Origin: Azolla caroliniana
Taxonomy: Eukaryota; Plantae; Polypodiophyta
Length of the DNA: 64,000 nt
Assembly: GCA_043228905.1 (NCBI GenBank)
Contig: JBHGNT010000011.1
Coordinates: 1,302,001-1,366,000, forward strand
Direction: 5' to 3'
In this document: piece by piece, positions 25,073 to 38,796 of the stretch
How the letters are laid out: every line of letters begins with the position of its first letter
Numbering within the stretch: the stretch's first letter is position 1
Program-made: the position numbers and the translations under genes
Notes under the pieces: model-generated
The model's database searches: none
The model's input: only the letters and a program-made list of their open reading frames with translations
What the model was told of the DNA's origin: nothing

Positions 25073-28000
25073 TATTATAGATCTAAATACTAAAGTAAGC
25101 TTAAGATAAGGATAAAGTAATGATAGATAGAAAGGAGAAAGAGAAAGAAGGGCGTCGATCCACCCGACCACCCCCGAGCGAAGGGATCGAGATGGACTCG
25201 AGCCTCGATCGGCGTCCCATACCACCGTCGTGGCGTCGAGTCGTACCCGGTGCTGGCGTGCTCGCTACAAGAGTTGACCCACCACACGAGCAGAGTCTCG
25301 ATGTAGTCAAAAGATCATCAAATGAGGGTAGTTAGGCCTCTTATTTATAGCGATACCCAAGGCCCCCAGGCAAGTACGTAATTTTTTTGTTTTAATATCG
25401 AGAATTCTTTCTGGTACATGTGGTTTAGAAGATAATTCTTCAGAAGTAACCAGAGTTTCAGTTGTAACTATATTGTCGCCAGAACCTAGAAGTTCTTTTA
25501 GACGACTCACATGAAAGACTGGATAAATTCCGACACCATCGGGAAGAGCGAGACGATAGGCTGATGACCCAATGCGTTTGAGGACTGTAAAAGGTCCACA
25601 AAACCGTGGGGCTAACTTAGCGCACTTACCCGTAGACAATGTCTTAGAATTGTGAGGTACACGTAAAAATACCTTCTGTCCAGGGTTGAATACACGAGGT
25701 TGCCTATGATGATCGGCATAAAAACGCGCTCTATCTTGAGCTATTTTTATATTATCTCGTGCAATATGCAACATATCTTGCATATCCCGAAGAAAGTTTT
25801 GCGTACTTCGCAACTCATCATGATGTATATTAACATCAATCGGGGCTCGTGGCTGAAAACCATACATCAACATAAAAGGACTATATCCGGTCGACGTATG
25901 CTTGGAGCTGTTATAAGCAAACTCCAAAATTGGGAGATAACGTTCCCATTTTGTTGGTTTTGCACCAACGTATGCTTGAAGAATGTCCTCAATAATTTGA
26001 TTTACTCATTCTGTCTGTCCATCGGATTGAGGATGATCCGTGGAGCTCATGCTCAACGTAGTTTCTAACTTCTTACAGACTTGCGTCCAGAAGTCACTAG
26101 TAAACTTTGGATCTCGATCACTCACGATATCCATCGGTAACCCATAAAAACGAAACAATTCGTCAACGAATTGGTAAGCCAATTCATGAGCTGTTACCGT
26201 GGTTTTAGTAGCAATAAATCTGGCCATTTTAGTTAGTCCCTCAACGACAACCCAGATGGCATCATGACCTTTTTGGGTGCGAGGAAGGCTAACAATAAAA
26301 TCCATGGATATACTTTCCCACTTATTGTTGGGAATGTCCAAGGGATGTAAAAGTCCTGCGGCTTTAAGTTGCTCGGCTTTGTTAACCTGACACTGATGAC
26401 ATTTAGTCACATAGCTATGTATGTCAGGACGCATCTTAGGCCAATAAAATTGAGTGGAGATGAGAACGAGTGTACGATGTATTCCAGGGTGCCCTGCTGA
26501 GGGTGCAGCATGGCATTAAAAAAGAATCCTCTTATTTACCTCAGGTAAATCTGGAACACAAACCTTCCCATTACGGTAGAGCAAACCGTTAGCAATGTGG
26601 AAGTATTCCTTCAAGGATGTGGTGGTGTCTGTTCCAGACTCAACTCTTGCCCAGTATTTTGCGAAATAACTGTCATCAGGATACTTTCCTCGAAGGTGAT
26701 CATAAAGACCTGATGATATTTCAGTGAAGCTAAGCATGTTAACTTCACGGATGCGACTTAGTGCATCAGCGACAGTGTTCATGGAACCTTTACGATATCA
26801 TATGGAAAAATCAAAGTCCTGGATGAGATCAGCCCATCGTGCCTTACGACCTTTCAGGTCTTGTTGGTCACAAAAATATTTCAAGGACTCGTGGTCCGTA
26901 GTTACCACAAAGTGATTTCCATAAAGATAATGGCGCCATGTTTTGAATGCATGTATAACTGCAAATAATTCCTTTTCTTGAACGGTATACCGACATTGAG
27001 CAGAATCAAGTTTCTTACTCTCGAATGCTATTGGTTTACTATCTTGATACAAGACAGCACCTATAGCATAATCGCTTGCATCGGTTTCAACCTCAAAAGG
27101 TCTTGAAGGAGCAGGTAAAAGAAGTGAAGGAGCCTTGCAAACCAGGTCCTTGAGTTCCTTAAAGGCGAGGTCTAGTGTAGCATTCCACACAATAGGTTTT
27201 GTAGACTTACGCGTTTGACATTTTAAAAGATCAGTAAACGGCATCGTCAATTGGGAGTAATTACGAAGAGACTTTCGCAAAAACCCGACAAAACCAAGGA
27301 ATGATCGAACTTCTGGAATATTCCGAAGAGTGGGCCAAAGCTTGATTTTCTCAATGCGAGAAGGATCAATTTCAACTCCTCGTTCGGTTATGAGATGTCC
27401 TAGATAAGTAATTGATTTCTTGAAGAACTCACATTTTGAGATCTTTGGATAAAACTGTTTGTCACGCAATGTTTGTAAAACAAAGCGGACATGTCTAGCA
27501 TGTTCTTGAAATGTACGGCTATAAACTAAAATATCATCCAAGAAAATAACGACAAATTTTCCAAGTTGTTCTCGGAAAATGTCATTCATTTCTTGTTGAA
27601 AAGTAGCCGGAGCATTGGTCAAACCAAAAGGCATAACCAAAAACTCGTAATGGCCATAGCGCGTACGAAATGCCGTTCTAGGAACATCGTCCTCACTTAT
27701 TCGTATTTGATGGTAGCCAATACGGAGATCAAGTTTCGTAAAATACCGAGCTCCTTGGAGACGGTGTCGAGGTATTCCTCGCAGATGCGTGGAATGAGGC
27801 GGGACCTCGGGGGTCCTGTACCGAAGAGCAAGAGAGAAAGGGGAAGAGACCCACTACGTGCGAGCGTAGATTCACAGGGACACGGCCCTTCGACACAAAG
27901 ATGCGAGTGGGACAGCGACACAAAGAGACGCGAATGTATGTATGTATATGTTAACAAAGACAAAACAACAAGAAGCACAAAGTTGGTTACAACCGAATAG

Positions 28001-28478
28001 GCCGGCGAACAGATGCCGATGCCTGTTCGTAAACGCTCCGAAGGAAAGGAGTAGGTTGGAGGTGCTGCCGGAAGCACTCGAGCATTCCTCAGAGCAGCGC
28101 GAGCCTCCCGAAAACCTACGCAGAAAGAAGCTATGGAGTATGGAAGAGAGAGAAGCCTTCGGCCGACAACCCGACAACACTTCGTCCTCTCTAACCGCGA
28201 TCCCTTTCCTCCTCCTTGTCTCCCTCCTTCTATAGGCAAGAAGGGAGTCGTTTCCTATTAACTTCCTACCTACCGAATCTTCCTACCTAGGATCTTCCAT
28301 GTCCCTAATTCTCTCTTATGTACAACACAAGGCGTACGTGCATGAAGAGCCGGTTCCTATGCTCCGGCGCACCGATTCCGCTCGTGGACGGTTTTCTTCA
28401 CGACATCCGCCCCCACCTAACCGCGCATCCACCGGCATGCGCCAAATTGAGTTGGGACGGAGAAAACCGGTCCAGCCT

Positions 28479-31400
28479 TCATTCCCCGCACGTCGGTTCT
28501 TCCTCGGTTTCGGATCGTTCGTCGTTCCGGTCCAGGTTAACCGGATCCGGCTCGTCGTCGTGACGCTTCTTGAACGCTTTGATCCGCTTCCCAGCTATCA
28601 GTATCGCTATTCTCGTGCCGTCGAGTTCCGCCAGATGGTACGTCCCGTTGTCGTTGGCGCTTTGTACCACGTAAGGCCCGAACCACCTTCTTACGAACTT
28701 CGGTGTTGCTCGGTGCTGGTTGTCGAGGCTGTTGTCATAGACTAGCACCCAGTCGCCTTCCTCGATCTTCTTCGGTCGGAGCCGGCGAGTCCGGTCGAAC
28801 CGGGCTTTGTTCCTCGTCCTTGCCCCCCGAAGCTTTCCCGCAGCCTGCTCCACGTCCTCCGGTCTTCGCTCGAGCTGTCGTATACGCGCCGCCAACAGTT
28901 CCTCCCGGCTCATCTCGTCTCTCGAGTCCACGGTTGCCCACGAGGATATCGTACGTTCCATCGGCATGACCGGCTTCTGCCCAAACGTGAGCTCTGCCGG
29001 CATGAATCCGGTTACCGAATTGTGCGTAGTTCGGTCAGCCCACAACGGGTAAGGCAGCAGCCGCGGCCAGTTCCTGACTTGCCCCCCGCATGCCCGAACT
29101 AACGCCTTGACGATCGGTCCGTGTCCGCGCTCCACCTTCCCATTCGCCTCCGGATTGTACGCAGTGGTAAGCGAGAGCTTGACTCCTAGCCGGTCGAACA
29201 GCTCCTCGACCTCTTCGGCGTCCAACTCCCCGCGATCAGCCACGAACTTCCCGACGCACCCGTACCAGCATATCACGTCCTCGATCAGGAACCGACATAC
29301 GGCCGCGGTCGTTTTGTTCTGAAGGGCTCGGCCTTCCACCTGGTTCGTCAGATCTTCCCGAGCCAGGGCCAGATACCGCATCTGTCCTACGCCCATCGGC
29401 ATCGTCACCAGATCTACCATCCATTTGAAGTGGATGGTCGGAGGGTACGTAGGGTGAAGCTCGTCCCGATGCCGAACTATCGAGTGCATCTGACAGCTCT
29501 CGCAAGTTGTCACGAACCGATGCACGTCCCGGTACAGTCCCGGCCACCAGTACTTCCCTTTTATCTTCTCGAACGTGGCCCACGTTCCACAGTGTCCAGC
29601 CCAAGGGCTGTCGTGGTAGGTCGTCAGCAGCTCCTCCTGTTCTTCCTTCATCGCCACCACCCGGACCGGGACGCTGTTCCTCTTCTTTGGGTGCTTCCAT
29701 AAGTATCCGTCCCGGAGAAAGAATCGGTCAACTTTCTTCCGGATCCGGTTGGCCTCGTCTCTCGTCCACGACGCATCCGGCGTCATTGTCCTCAAGAAAC
29801 CACCGATCCGCAGCCACTCGCCATCGTACTTGCTCTCGTCGAAGCCGTTAAGTGCCGGAGTGCTCGTCCCATCGGTTGTTGCGTACGCCGCCTTGAAGAA
29901 GTCCACGCCGACTTCTTCGTCCTCCGTAACCATGCCGCCCTCCTCATCAAACCTCGCCCTCGAAAGCATGTCGGCCATGGCGTTGTCCTTTCCGGAAATG
30001 TGCCGTATTTCCGGGTCCAGGGACTTGATGTACGCTATCCACCTGAGCATTGCCAGGTTTGGTGTCGCGCATCCGGAAACCATGCCGAGAATTGGCAGGC
30101 AATCCGTCTCGATAATCACTTCTGTCCCGATCAGGTAGTCTTTGTCGGCCTTTACTGCCGAAACGATACCCCAGAGTTCGCGTTTAACCTGGGCGTACCC
30201 TCGCTGTCGCTCAGTGAGGACCTTAGCGCAGAATCGGATCGGGAACCGGGTGCCGTCCTCGTCTTCTTGGTTGACGACCCATCTGATCCCGGTCGGGCTC
30301 GTATCCACTGTTATGTATACCGGGGTACCCTTCTCGTAGACAGCCTTCCGGAGCGCCGGTGCTGCCGCAAGAGCTTCCTTTAGCTTCCGGACCGACTCCG
30401 TGTCCTCGTCTCGCCACTCGAATTTTCGCCCCTTTTTCAGCAACCCGTATAGCGGCTCCGCAACGTGGGCGTAATGCAGGATCCATATGTGGTAGAACGC
30501 GCATGCCCCCAGGAACCTCCGAACTTCCGTAACCGAGCTACAGTCGGCCTTCATCGCGGAGATGGCTTCTACTTTTGCCGAAGACGGCTTTCGGCCATAC
30601 GGTCCACACAGGTGTCCGACCACCAGGATTTCTGATTGTCCGAAGGCTGATTTCTCCCCGGAGAAGGTGAGCCTTGCATCCTCTAGCCTTTGTAGCACCT
30701 TCTCGCAGTCGTTGATGTGTGTTGCCACGAATCACCGGCATCCGTCCAGCCTGACTGTCTCATCCTTCTCTTCCACCGGGCACCCCTTTATCGGGACGTC
30801 GTCCAGAAATGGCATGGTGATGTCCGGGATGCAATCCCTCAATACCTTGTTCATTGCATTCACGATGTGGGCCACCGAGTTGGTCCCTCCTTGTGGCAGG
30901 GTACACATTCGCACTAGGCTGAGGGGAGTTCGCATCGTCGTAATGTCTCTGCTCTCCACGGCTAGCTGGAACTGGTCGTACCCCGAGTACAGATCACCGA
31001 TCGAGTAAATCGACCTTCCGGCGAAGGCCTCCGCGAACTCGTCTATGGTCGGTCCGATTCCTGCGTTCCGAATGGTCACTCTGTTGACCGGCTGCAGGTC
31101 CTAAATGAAGCGCAATGTTCCGTTTTTCTTTGGTACGGTAAACCATCGGTTCGAGTATGGCGCGTTCGACAGTTTGAGAATACCCATATCGACTTTCTGC
31201 CTCAGCAGCTCCATCAACTCCGGGATGTGAGCTCTCGGTACTGGAATCGGCTTGAGATTCCACGGCACATGCGGTACCGTGAATATCACCATCGGCTCCA
31301 CGATCGTCGGGTCTACGCACCCAATCTCTTCCGGTGAGAATGCGAAGGCCTTTCCGTGTCTTCCTCCGCCGGTAGTAGGAACCCGCCCCCACCGATTTTG

Positions 31401-31834
31401 AGCTCCCGGAGCTCCCCGTCAGTGAAGGTGTGTCCTATGCAGGCCGGATCTCGTAAACTGGGGTCCGACGCAACCCCTCTGATCCGGGACCCGCTGCCCT
31501 CCGGTAAGGGTGCCGCGACCGGTCTTACCTTCCGGTCCACAGTCTTGTACCTCGTGCTAACTCGGGCCATTCGATCCGACTCGAGCCCCTGACTGAAGTT
31601 CGCGATGACTTCGTACATCTCTTCGGAACATACCGGTATCGTCCGGCCTTCGTTCAGGTCTTCTCCGGCTACCTTCCTCAGCATCCCCAGGGTGTCGTCG
31701 AAGGAGACCGCCTCCACGGCTCCGCTGATTTCCTCGTCCGGGCCGAGAACTCCGCGCGCTCGAAGTTGCACTTCCGCCCTTGCCTTTTCTCGGCCAACGA
31801 TGCCGACTAGCATACACCCTCCGTTGTTGGACAA
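28479..31834 (-). pseudogene. C pol (RT-RNase H-integrase) with stops and a frameshift
   Basis: RT DLYSGYDQF..LPQG..FLDD; RH ITVDTS..ETDC..ADMLSR; INT HHCC, WMVDLV, ADRGE, WFGPY. Confidence 0.88.
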
Positions 31835-31947
31835 GCAAAATTTCCTACCTATCGTACAGGGTTTCTTCGGTTTCAGTTCTATCGTACAGCTGTGGGGTCT
31901 TTCCCGAGTGTCCGGGCTGTCTCAGCCCCATGGCTTGGCAGCCCTCT

Positions 31948-34101
31948 CTAAAAATCCTCCCGGTTCTCGCCACCGAGGGATTCGCGGTTTCGCTCGTGGT
32001 TTGGTCGTACCGTCAGAAATTGGACCGAATGGCGCTCGTCCTGGCTTTTGACCCTCGCGTAGGCCGAACCGTTGTCCAGCACCTTGGTCTCCATTCGCGC
32101 CGCCGTGATGTATGGTTCTCCTAATATGACCGAGTGCGAGGACGTCTCCTGTACGAAGAAGTGCTGGTCAATCTCGACGTCGCCGATCTTGACTCGCACG
32201 TTCGGGCAGGCCCCGTGCAGTTCCTCGGTGGCGCGCGTCGCCACCCGTATCTTCCACCCGTGCTTGGTGTTGATCGACCACTTTCCCTTCTTATAGAAGT
32301 CCATGGACATTAGGTTTATTTCCGAACCGTGGTCCACCAGTGCCACCACCGGTTCCTGAACATCTCCGATCTTTACCGGGGTCTCCGTGGTCGCTCGGGC
32401 CCAGTGTGGCCTCGAATAGTGGCTCTCCGCCCACTCATCTTCCAGCGCTAAGTCGTCAATGTGCGTCGTCCGCACCTCCACCGGTCTTTCCGGTTCCGTC
32501 TCCGTCGACAGCCTCTTCCGTTTCACCAAGTCCACAATGGAGTCGTGGAACTCCTTCTTGGCGATCCCTAGCACCTCCCGTAATGACAGCTCCACTTTGT
32601 TGTCGAGGATCCGTTCTTCTAGGACCTTTCGTAGGTCCGTGGTCCTTTCTATTTCCGTCCCCAGTCGGTATCCGCCCTTCCTGGGGTTATCTTGCGCGTT
32701 GGACCCATCGGCTTCGTTCCGTCGTTGCCCGAATCGGGTCTCGTATCGTTGTGACGGCCCGGCTGCTCCGGCTTTCCCCACTCGTTTGTCCTCTACCAGA
32801 GCCTCGTAGTTCCGGCAGGCAGCTTCTACGAAGCCCATCTTCTCCTCGACCGGGTCGCTCCACCCGGTTATTTCCCGGACCCGTCTCTCGGCGCAGTCCG
32901 CTTCATCTTTCCTCAGCCGTGCGCCGGCGAGGCCTTCCAGCATTGCCGACCAGAACCCGTCCTTGCTCTCCTTTCGGGCCTCGCTGCCCCCGACCCGAAT
33001 ACCGGCCGACGCCGAGTAGTGGATGGCCTCCACGTGTCGGGCCGCTGCCTCTTCCATCAGTCTCTTCATACCTCCTCGCCCGTCGTTTCGGTTTAGGGCC
33101 CTTCTGGTATCGCCGGCGTGCACCCGACCTTCCCACAGGTACATCACCCGGTTCCTCAACGCCTCAACGAAATTACCGCAGTCCTTCCGAATGTGGCCGA
33201 CCTCGTCGCACCACATGCACCTGTTCCCGGCTGCCGGCTGTCGGTCACGAGCCGACTCGCCGCCTTCTCTTCGAGTCTGGGCGATCTGGAGATCCTTTAT
33301 CGCCCGCGTCAACTCCTCCAGCGCTGCTCCTCCGGTCGAGCCATGGACCACGCTGGTCGAAGCCGAACCGGTCTCGAGCCACTCCCGGGCCTCTTCCCTT
33401 CGCCCTTGCAGTGCCGGTTCAAGCCTCCTTGCTGTGACAGAGCCCGCAACGGCCGCCCCGTCATCAGCCCATTCTCGTCGTTTGTCGAAACGGCCACAGA
33501 CTCTCTTAACCGCAACCCAGTCGGTCATCAGCCCGTCTTCGGTTTCCAGCAAGGAGCCGACTTGATCCCGGTTCCGCTCGTCCACCGACTTGACGAACAG
33601 TAGGACCCGGCTCGTATCCAGAACGGTTCGGTCAAGCGCCGAAAGGCGCGCAAAGCGTTCCTCGAACTCCCAGAGGAGTGCCGACGCGTTTCTTCCCTTT
33701 CCGGGGGACTCCACCCACTCCATGAAGTCCTGTTTCGAAACCCGGAACGCGTCGTCCAACCCGTATTTTTCTAGGAGTCGACCTTCGAACTCCTCCCAGG
33801 TACAGCTCTCCGCCCGCACCTCGAGCACCTCCGCATGGATGCTCGGCATCGCCACTCGAGGGAACCCGGCAAGACGCCTCTCTTCCGGAATGTCCCGCAT
33901 CAGCATTTCTGCCCCGTAGGACGCCAAATACTTCGTGGCATCCTTTCCGCTGAACCGGCCGATCGTACCGACGACCACCTCAATGGCTCTGTCGAGGGCG
34001 CCGGAGCCCTCGCGTGCGCTCAATATCCGATCCACGGCCGAAGCCATGGCCTCCGCAAGATCCGACCCTTTCATCTTCTGCTTTTCTGCCGCCTCCTTCA
34101 C
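31948..34101 (-). CDS. C gag-protease ORF (717 aa)
   Basis: Zinc knuckle CMWCDEVGHIRKDC; aspartic protease LVDHGSEINLM..ILGEPY. Confidence 0.85.
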   Translation of the reverse strand: MKEAAEKQKMKGSDLAEAMASAVDRILSAREGSGALDRAIEVVVGTIGRFSGKDATKYLASYGAEMLMRDIPEERRLAGFPRVAMPSIHAEVLEVRAESCTWEEFEGRLLEKYGLDDAFRVSKQDFMEWVESPGKGRNASALLWEFEERFARLSALDRTVLDTSRVLLFVKSVDERNRDQVGSLLETEDGLMTDWVAVKRVCGRFDKRREWADDGAAVAGSVTARRLEPALQGRREEAREWLETGSASTSVVHGSTGGAALEELTRAIKDLQIAQTRREGGESARDRQPAAGNRCMWCDEVGHIRKDCGNFVEALRNRVMYLWEGRVHAGDTRRALNRNDGRGGMKRLMEEAAARHVEAIHYSASAGIRVGGSEARKESKDGFWSAMLEGLAGARLRKDEADCAERRVREITGWSDPVEEKMGFVEAACRNYEALVEDKRVGKAGAAGPSQRYETRFGQRRNEADGSNAQDNPRKGGYRLGTEIERTTDLRKVLEERILDNKVELSLREVLGIAKKEFHDSIVDLVKRKRLSTETEPERPVEVRTTHIDDLALEDEWAESHYSRPHWARATTETPVKIGDVQEPVVALVDHGSEINLMSMDFYKKGKWSINTKHGWKIRVATRATEELHGACPNVRVKIGDVEIDQHFFVQETSSHSVILGEPYITAARMETKVLDNGSAYARVKSQDERHSVQFLTVRPNHERNRESLGGENREDF

Positions 34102-37100
34102 GTCGGGTTCACCAAGATGTCGAGGTATTCCTCGCGGATGCGTGGAATGAGGCGGGACCTCGGGGGTCCTGTACCAAAGAGCAAGAGAGAAAGGGGAAGA
34201 GACCCACTACGTGCGAGCGTAGATTCACAGGGACACGGCCCTTCGACACAAAGATGCGAGTGGGACAGCGACACAAAGAGACGCGAATGTATGTATGTAT
34301 ATGTTAACAAAGACAAAACAACAAGAAGCACAAAGTCGGTTACAACCGAACAGGCCGGCAAACAGATGCCGATGCCTGTTCGTAAACGCTCCGAAGGAAA
34401 GGAGTAGGTTGTAGGTGCTGCCGGAAGCACTCGGGCATTCCTCAGAGCAGCGCGAGCCTCCCGAAAACCTGCGCAGAAAGAAGCTATGGAGTATGGAAGA
34501 GAGAGAAGCCTTCGGCCGACAACCCGACAGCACTTCGTCCTCTCTAACCGCGATCCCTTTCCTCCTCCTCGTCTCCCTCCTTTTATAGGCAAGAAGGGAG
34601 TTGTTTCCTATTAACTTCCTACCTACCGAATCTACCTACCTAGGATCTTCCATGTCCCTAATTCTCTCTTATGTACAACACAAGGCGTACGTGCATGAAG
34701 AGCCGGTTCCTATGCTCCAGCGCACCGATTCCGCTCGTGGACGGTTTTCTTCACGACAACGGTCAATTAGATCGTCAACCCGAGGTAATGGGTACGAATT
34801 CTTGATCGTCACTTTATTCAAGCATCGGTAATTAATACACATACGAAATGTGCCCTCTTTCTTTTTAACCAAGAGAACTGGTGCACCCCATGGAGATTTA
34901 CTATAACGTATATAACCCATTTGTAAATAGTCCTTGAGTTGCTTAGATACCTCATCTTCTTCGGATCGACTTAAGCGATACGGAGGTATACTTATTGGTG
35001 CAACACCAGGTACAATATCTATACGATGGTCTATATTACGTTTAGGAGGTAACCCATCAGGTAGTTCACTTGGAAAAACATCATGAAAATCATTTAAGAT
35101 TTCATCAAGTTGTTGTTGTTCAAAATATGTTAATTGAACCGGGACATTATCGATATTGTAAATGTGAATGTCCAGATCAAGTACACAATAAAATAATGTA
35201 GAACAAGACAACTCGGATATTGATGGACACGAGGAAACAATCGAGAGGGATTGTTTTTTTACACATTGAATAAAATGCGTACAATCGTTCAGTACAAAAG
35301 AAATGGAATGAAGAACCCAATCAATAAATAAAGAAGAGTTTTTCTTATAAAACCAGGGATAACCCAGTATTACATCGGTGGTACAAAGATTCATTACATG
35401 GAAGTCTACTTCCTCTATATAAGTATCAATAGAAATTCCTAATGAATGAATCGCCCGGTTGATGTATTGTACTCTTCCATCAGCCAAGTGCACCGTGTAG
35501 GTGTGATCACTTACGGTGGGTTGGATTCCCCATATATGAACCAAACGATCATTCACAAAATAGTGTGAGCTTCCCGAATCAAATAAAAATTGTACGGGAG
35601 ATCCATTGATATACCCGTTTGCACGTAGTAAATCATTGGGACCCAATACATAGTGAGGGAAAGAACATTGACAATTACTTAAATGATGTGTATAGACCTG
35701 AAGGACATTAGGAATCTGACCTTTATGGTCTGCAGCTTTAGCTTTGTTGTCGTGCTCTTTCCGTTGGAGCTATCGACATTGATCTTTTGTATGACCCTTC
35801 TTTTTGTAGAATACGCACAAAGGATGTTGTCGCTTACAATCGTGATCCAGGAATTCGTTGGGTGTCTTGCGTTTCCCAACAAATTGTGACTGCTTAGTCC
35901 TGGGCGCTTCGTTGGGTTTGTTATGGTCCTTCTTCGAAGTGCGTTGATAGCAAAGAACTATTTCAACGGCCTCTTCGAAGGATTTTGGATCCTTATCGTG
36001 CACTATCCAATGATAGTCCGAATTGGGGATGCCATTGACAAAACAAGCTATCAACCAATTGTCCCCTTCTAGACCCGATTTTTGGATTTGGGTTCTAGCA
36101 TGGTGAACATAGTCTTCTAGCGAGGAAAATTTCCTGCTAGAGAGGTTCATTAAAGCTTGTGCTGCCTCGGTTCGAGAGGGAGGTTGCAAAAATTGGCCCT
36201 TAAAAACCGTGACAAAATCTGTCCAGGTATCGGGCAATTTCCCCATAGTACGGAGCCCATGCCACAAGGCGGCGGCCTTACCCCCGAGTTCTCGGCCGAC
36301 ATATGCAATCTTCGTACTATCTAGCGTGGGATAGAGCTCAAAATGAGACTCCCATCGTCCCAGCCATGTGCAGATGGCTTCTTCGGTTCTTTCCTTTTTG
36401 TCTCCCGTAAATGGCTTAACGACAAATGATAGTTCACCTTGTCGCTCATCAGGTCTATTAGTCTCACGTTGTAGACTAATGACACGTGCCTCGAGAGCAC
36501 TTTGAGATTGCCGAAGTTCGGTCATCTGTTGAGCGGTGAAACTAAGGTATTTGGTTATTTGTGCCAAATACATCTCAGTGGACATTTGTCCAGGAGGATT
36601 CCCTTGAGTTCCTTCCGCTTGAGCGGATGACATCGGGTCGTTAATTTGAGCCATTAAAGATTATTTCTAGAAAAGAAATAGGATAAGGTCAGAGAGATAG
36701 TCATAACATCATGTCGTGATGTAAACATATCATGGGCAAACATTAATCGATATCATGATCTCACGTCAATACCCCTCTAGACGAATGAGATGAGGTTCAA
36801 GATCAGGTTACTATGGTAACACAAAGGTGTTTTAAAAACCATGGGGGTGACAAATAAATGTCTTTCCCTTATCTCTATATCGATTTTTTCATGGTGGCTC
36901 CCCGAGGCTCAACCATGTATGTTCGCGTCATGAATAGTTTATACACGAAAAAAATGTTAACAATAAACTATGTTTCGGTGCCCACATATGTGGTTTCGGC
37001 TCTTTAAGTCCTATTACGAGAACCTCGAGGTGCACTTAGACCTTAAGTCTAAACATGTCTTATAGTCATATGTATCAAGGATGTTGTATGGTCTTGGTCA

Positions 37101-38796
37101 TATTTGAACTCGAGACCTCAAGAACAAATACATTAAACACTTGAGCCAACCAAGTAAGTTGCTCTTCTTGAATGCTTAATGTTTGATGCGTATAAGAGAT
37201 ATGTGAGATCATATATGTTTTTTTTCAAAGAACATATATGTCAAGGGTCCTTATTTCGCCCTCATTTACCAAAACTATGTTGGTACGTTACCTAACCTCA
37301 AGTCTCGTAATTACGATGGCATACGCCAAAGTGCAACCTAATGGTCAAGCCAAATGAGCCCTCGTTTCGTAGTAGGCTCACGTGGGCCATCACATGGTCA
37401 CGTCATTACGAATGCCTCTCGTAAGAACGAGCTCATGGTGGCATCGTATCCATGTAACGAGGGAGGGATATTGGATACATGCGTCATTGGAGCGACCTCA
37501 CTTGAAGTGGGTCAAGCCCTACGTACTCAACATCATTATGGCTATTGGCGTTTCTTTACGTAACGAAATCAAGGTCATCAACGGGGTTATCAACAATAAA
37601 AAATTGTTGAAAAAGGGATGGTGACAACGCCATTCTCACAAAAATGTGAGGACGGCCACCAACATCCTTTTCCCGACAAGGACAACTTTCGATATAATCA
37701 CGTAATAACGAATATACACATATGTTTACTTATCACATATATACGATCAAATACGTATATATGTGACCACATATGCCTATATTAAACATATCTTTATATT
37801 AAATAGCCACAAATGATGTGATCGAGATACGTAATCGAGGTATATACCTCTAGCACACGAAACATCCACAAATAAGAGATCATCGTAATACGCAATTGAG
37901 GTATTGACCTCTTACGCATACGAGACCAACCACATATCGTTTACAACAAATCAAGGTATTAAACTCATACGCAAACGTAACATATGTTCGTGAACATAAT
38001 ACATAATTGAGGTATTAACCTCGTACGCATACGACACTCATCACATATTATTAATATGTCAAACGAGGTATTGACCTCGTGCACATATGTAAACGTTTTA
38101 GATAATCAATTAAAGACCACTACAACATCATTGACTTAATGAAAAAAAATGACATATAAACTAAACACATGATTAGATGGGAGACAAGAGAATAGAAAAA
38201 AAAATTATGGAAAGAGTTACTGAAGTTCTTTGTTGATCGTTGTCTGGATCAAGGCCGACCGCACATCGATCGATCAGCATCAATCAAAAGACAAATGAAA
38301 AACAAAGAAACATTAGTACGTAAATCTGATACCAAATATTATAGATCTAAATACTAAAGTAAGCTTAAGATAAGGATAAAGTAATGATAGATAGAAAGGA
38401 GAAAGAGAAAGAAGGGTGTCGATCCACCCGACCACCCCTGAGCGAAGGGATCGAGACGGACTCGAGCCTCGATCGGTGTCCCATACCACCGCCGTGGCGT
38501 CGAGTCGTACCTGGTGCTGGCGCGCTCGCTACAAGAGTTGACCCACCACACGAGCAGGGTCTCGATGTAGTCAAAAGATCATCAAATGAGGGTAGCTAGG
38601 CCTCTTATTTATAGCGATACCCAAGGCCCCCAGGCAAGTTCACACTTGACCTAATGGGTTGTCTCAATCCCGAGGATTAAAAGTAATCCTCCCCTTCTTT
38701 ACACTCTCGTTTAACCCTCACACTTATCCACGTGTATAGAATACTACGGTAAATTCTCACCACGGGATATTATATGGTCATGCCCGTAACACATCT

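Larger units (their letters stand above)
27765..34758 (-). mobile_element. GC-rich tRNA-Trp-primed Ty3/Gypsy element C
   Basis: 641-bp LTRs 27765-28405 and 34118-34758 (TGTCG...CGACA); 4-bp TSD ACGG; PBS 34097-34114; PPT GGTGGGGGCGGA. Confidence 0.92.
25073..38791 (-). mobile_element. Ty3/Gypsy chromovirus-type element, copy A2
   Basis: 5' LTR 38337-38791; truncated 3' LTR 25073-25375; TSD CATCT (25068-25072 and 38792-38796); PBS TGGTATCAGA 38325-38334; gag 35770-36654; pol pieces 34763-35646 and 25376-27764. Confidence 0.92.

Noticed and set aside
31940-31960. GGATTTT slippery site for a -1 frameshift after the C protease
   Set aside because: The -1 frame hits a stop within ~10 codons in this copy, so it cannot be supported.
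28299-34600. Numerous long plus-strand ORFs (e.g. 32340-33437)
   Set aside because: Antisense shadows of GC-rich gag/pol with no recognisable motifs.
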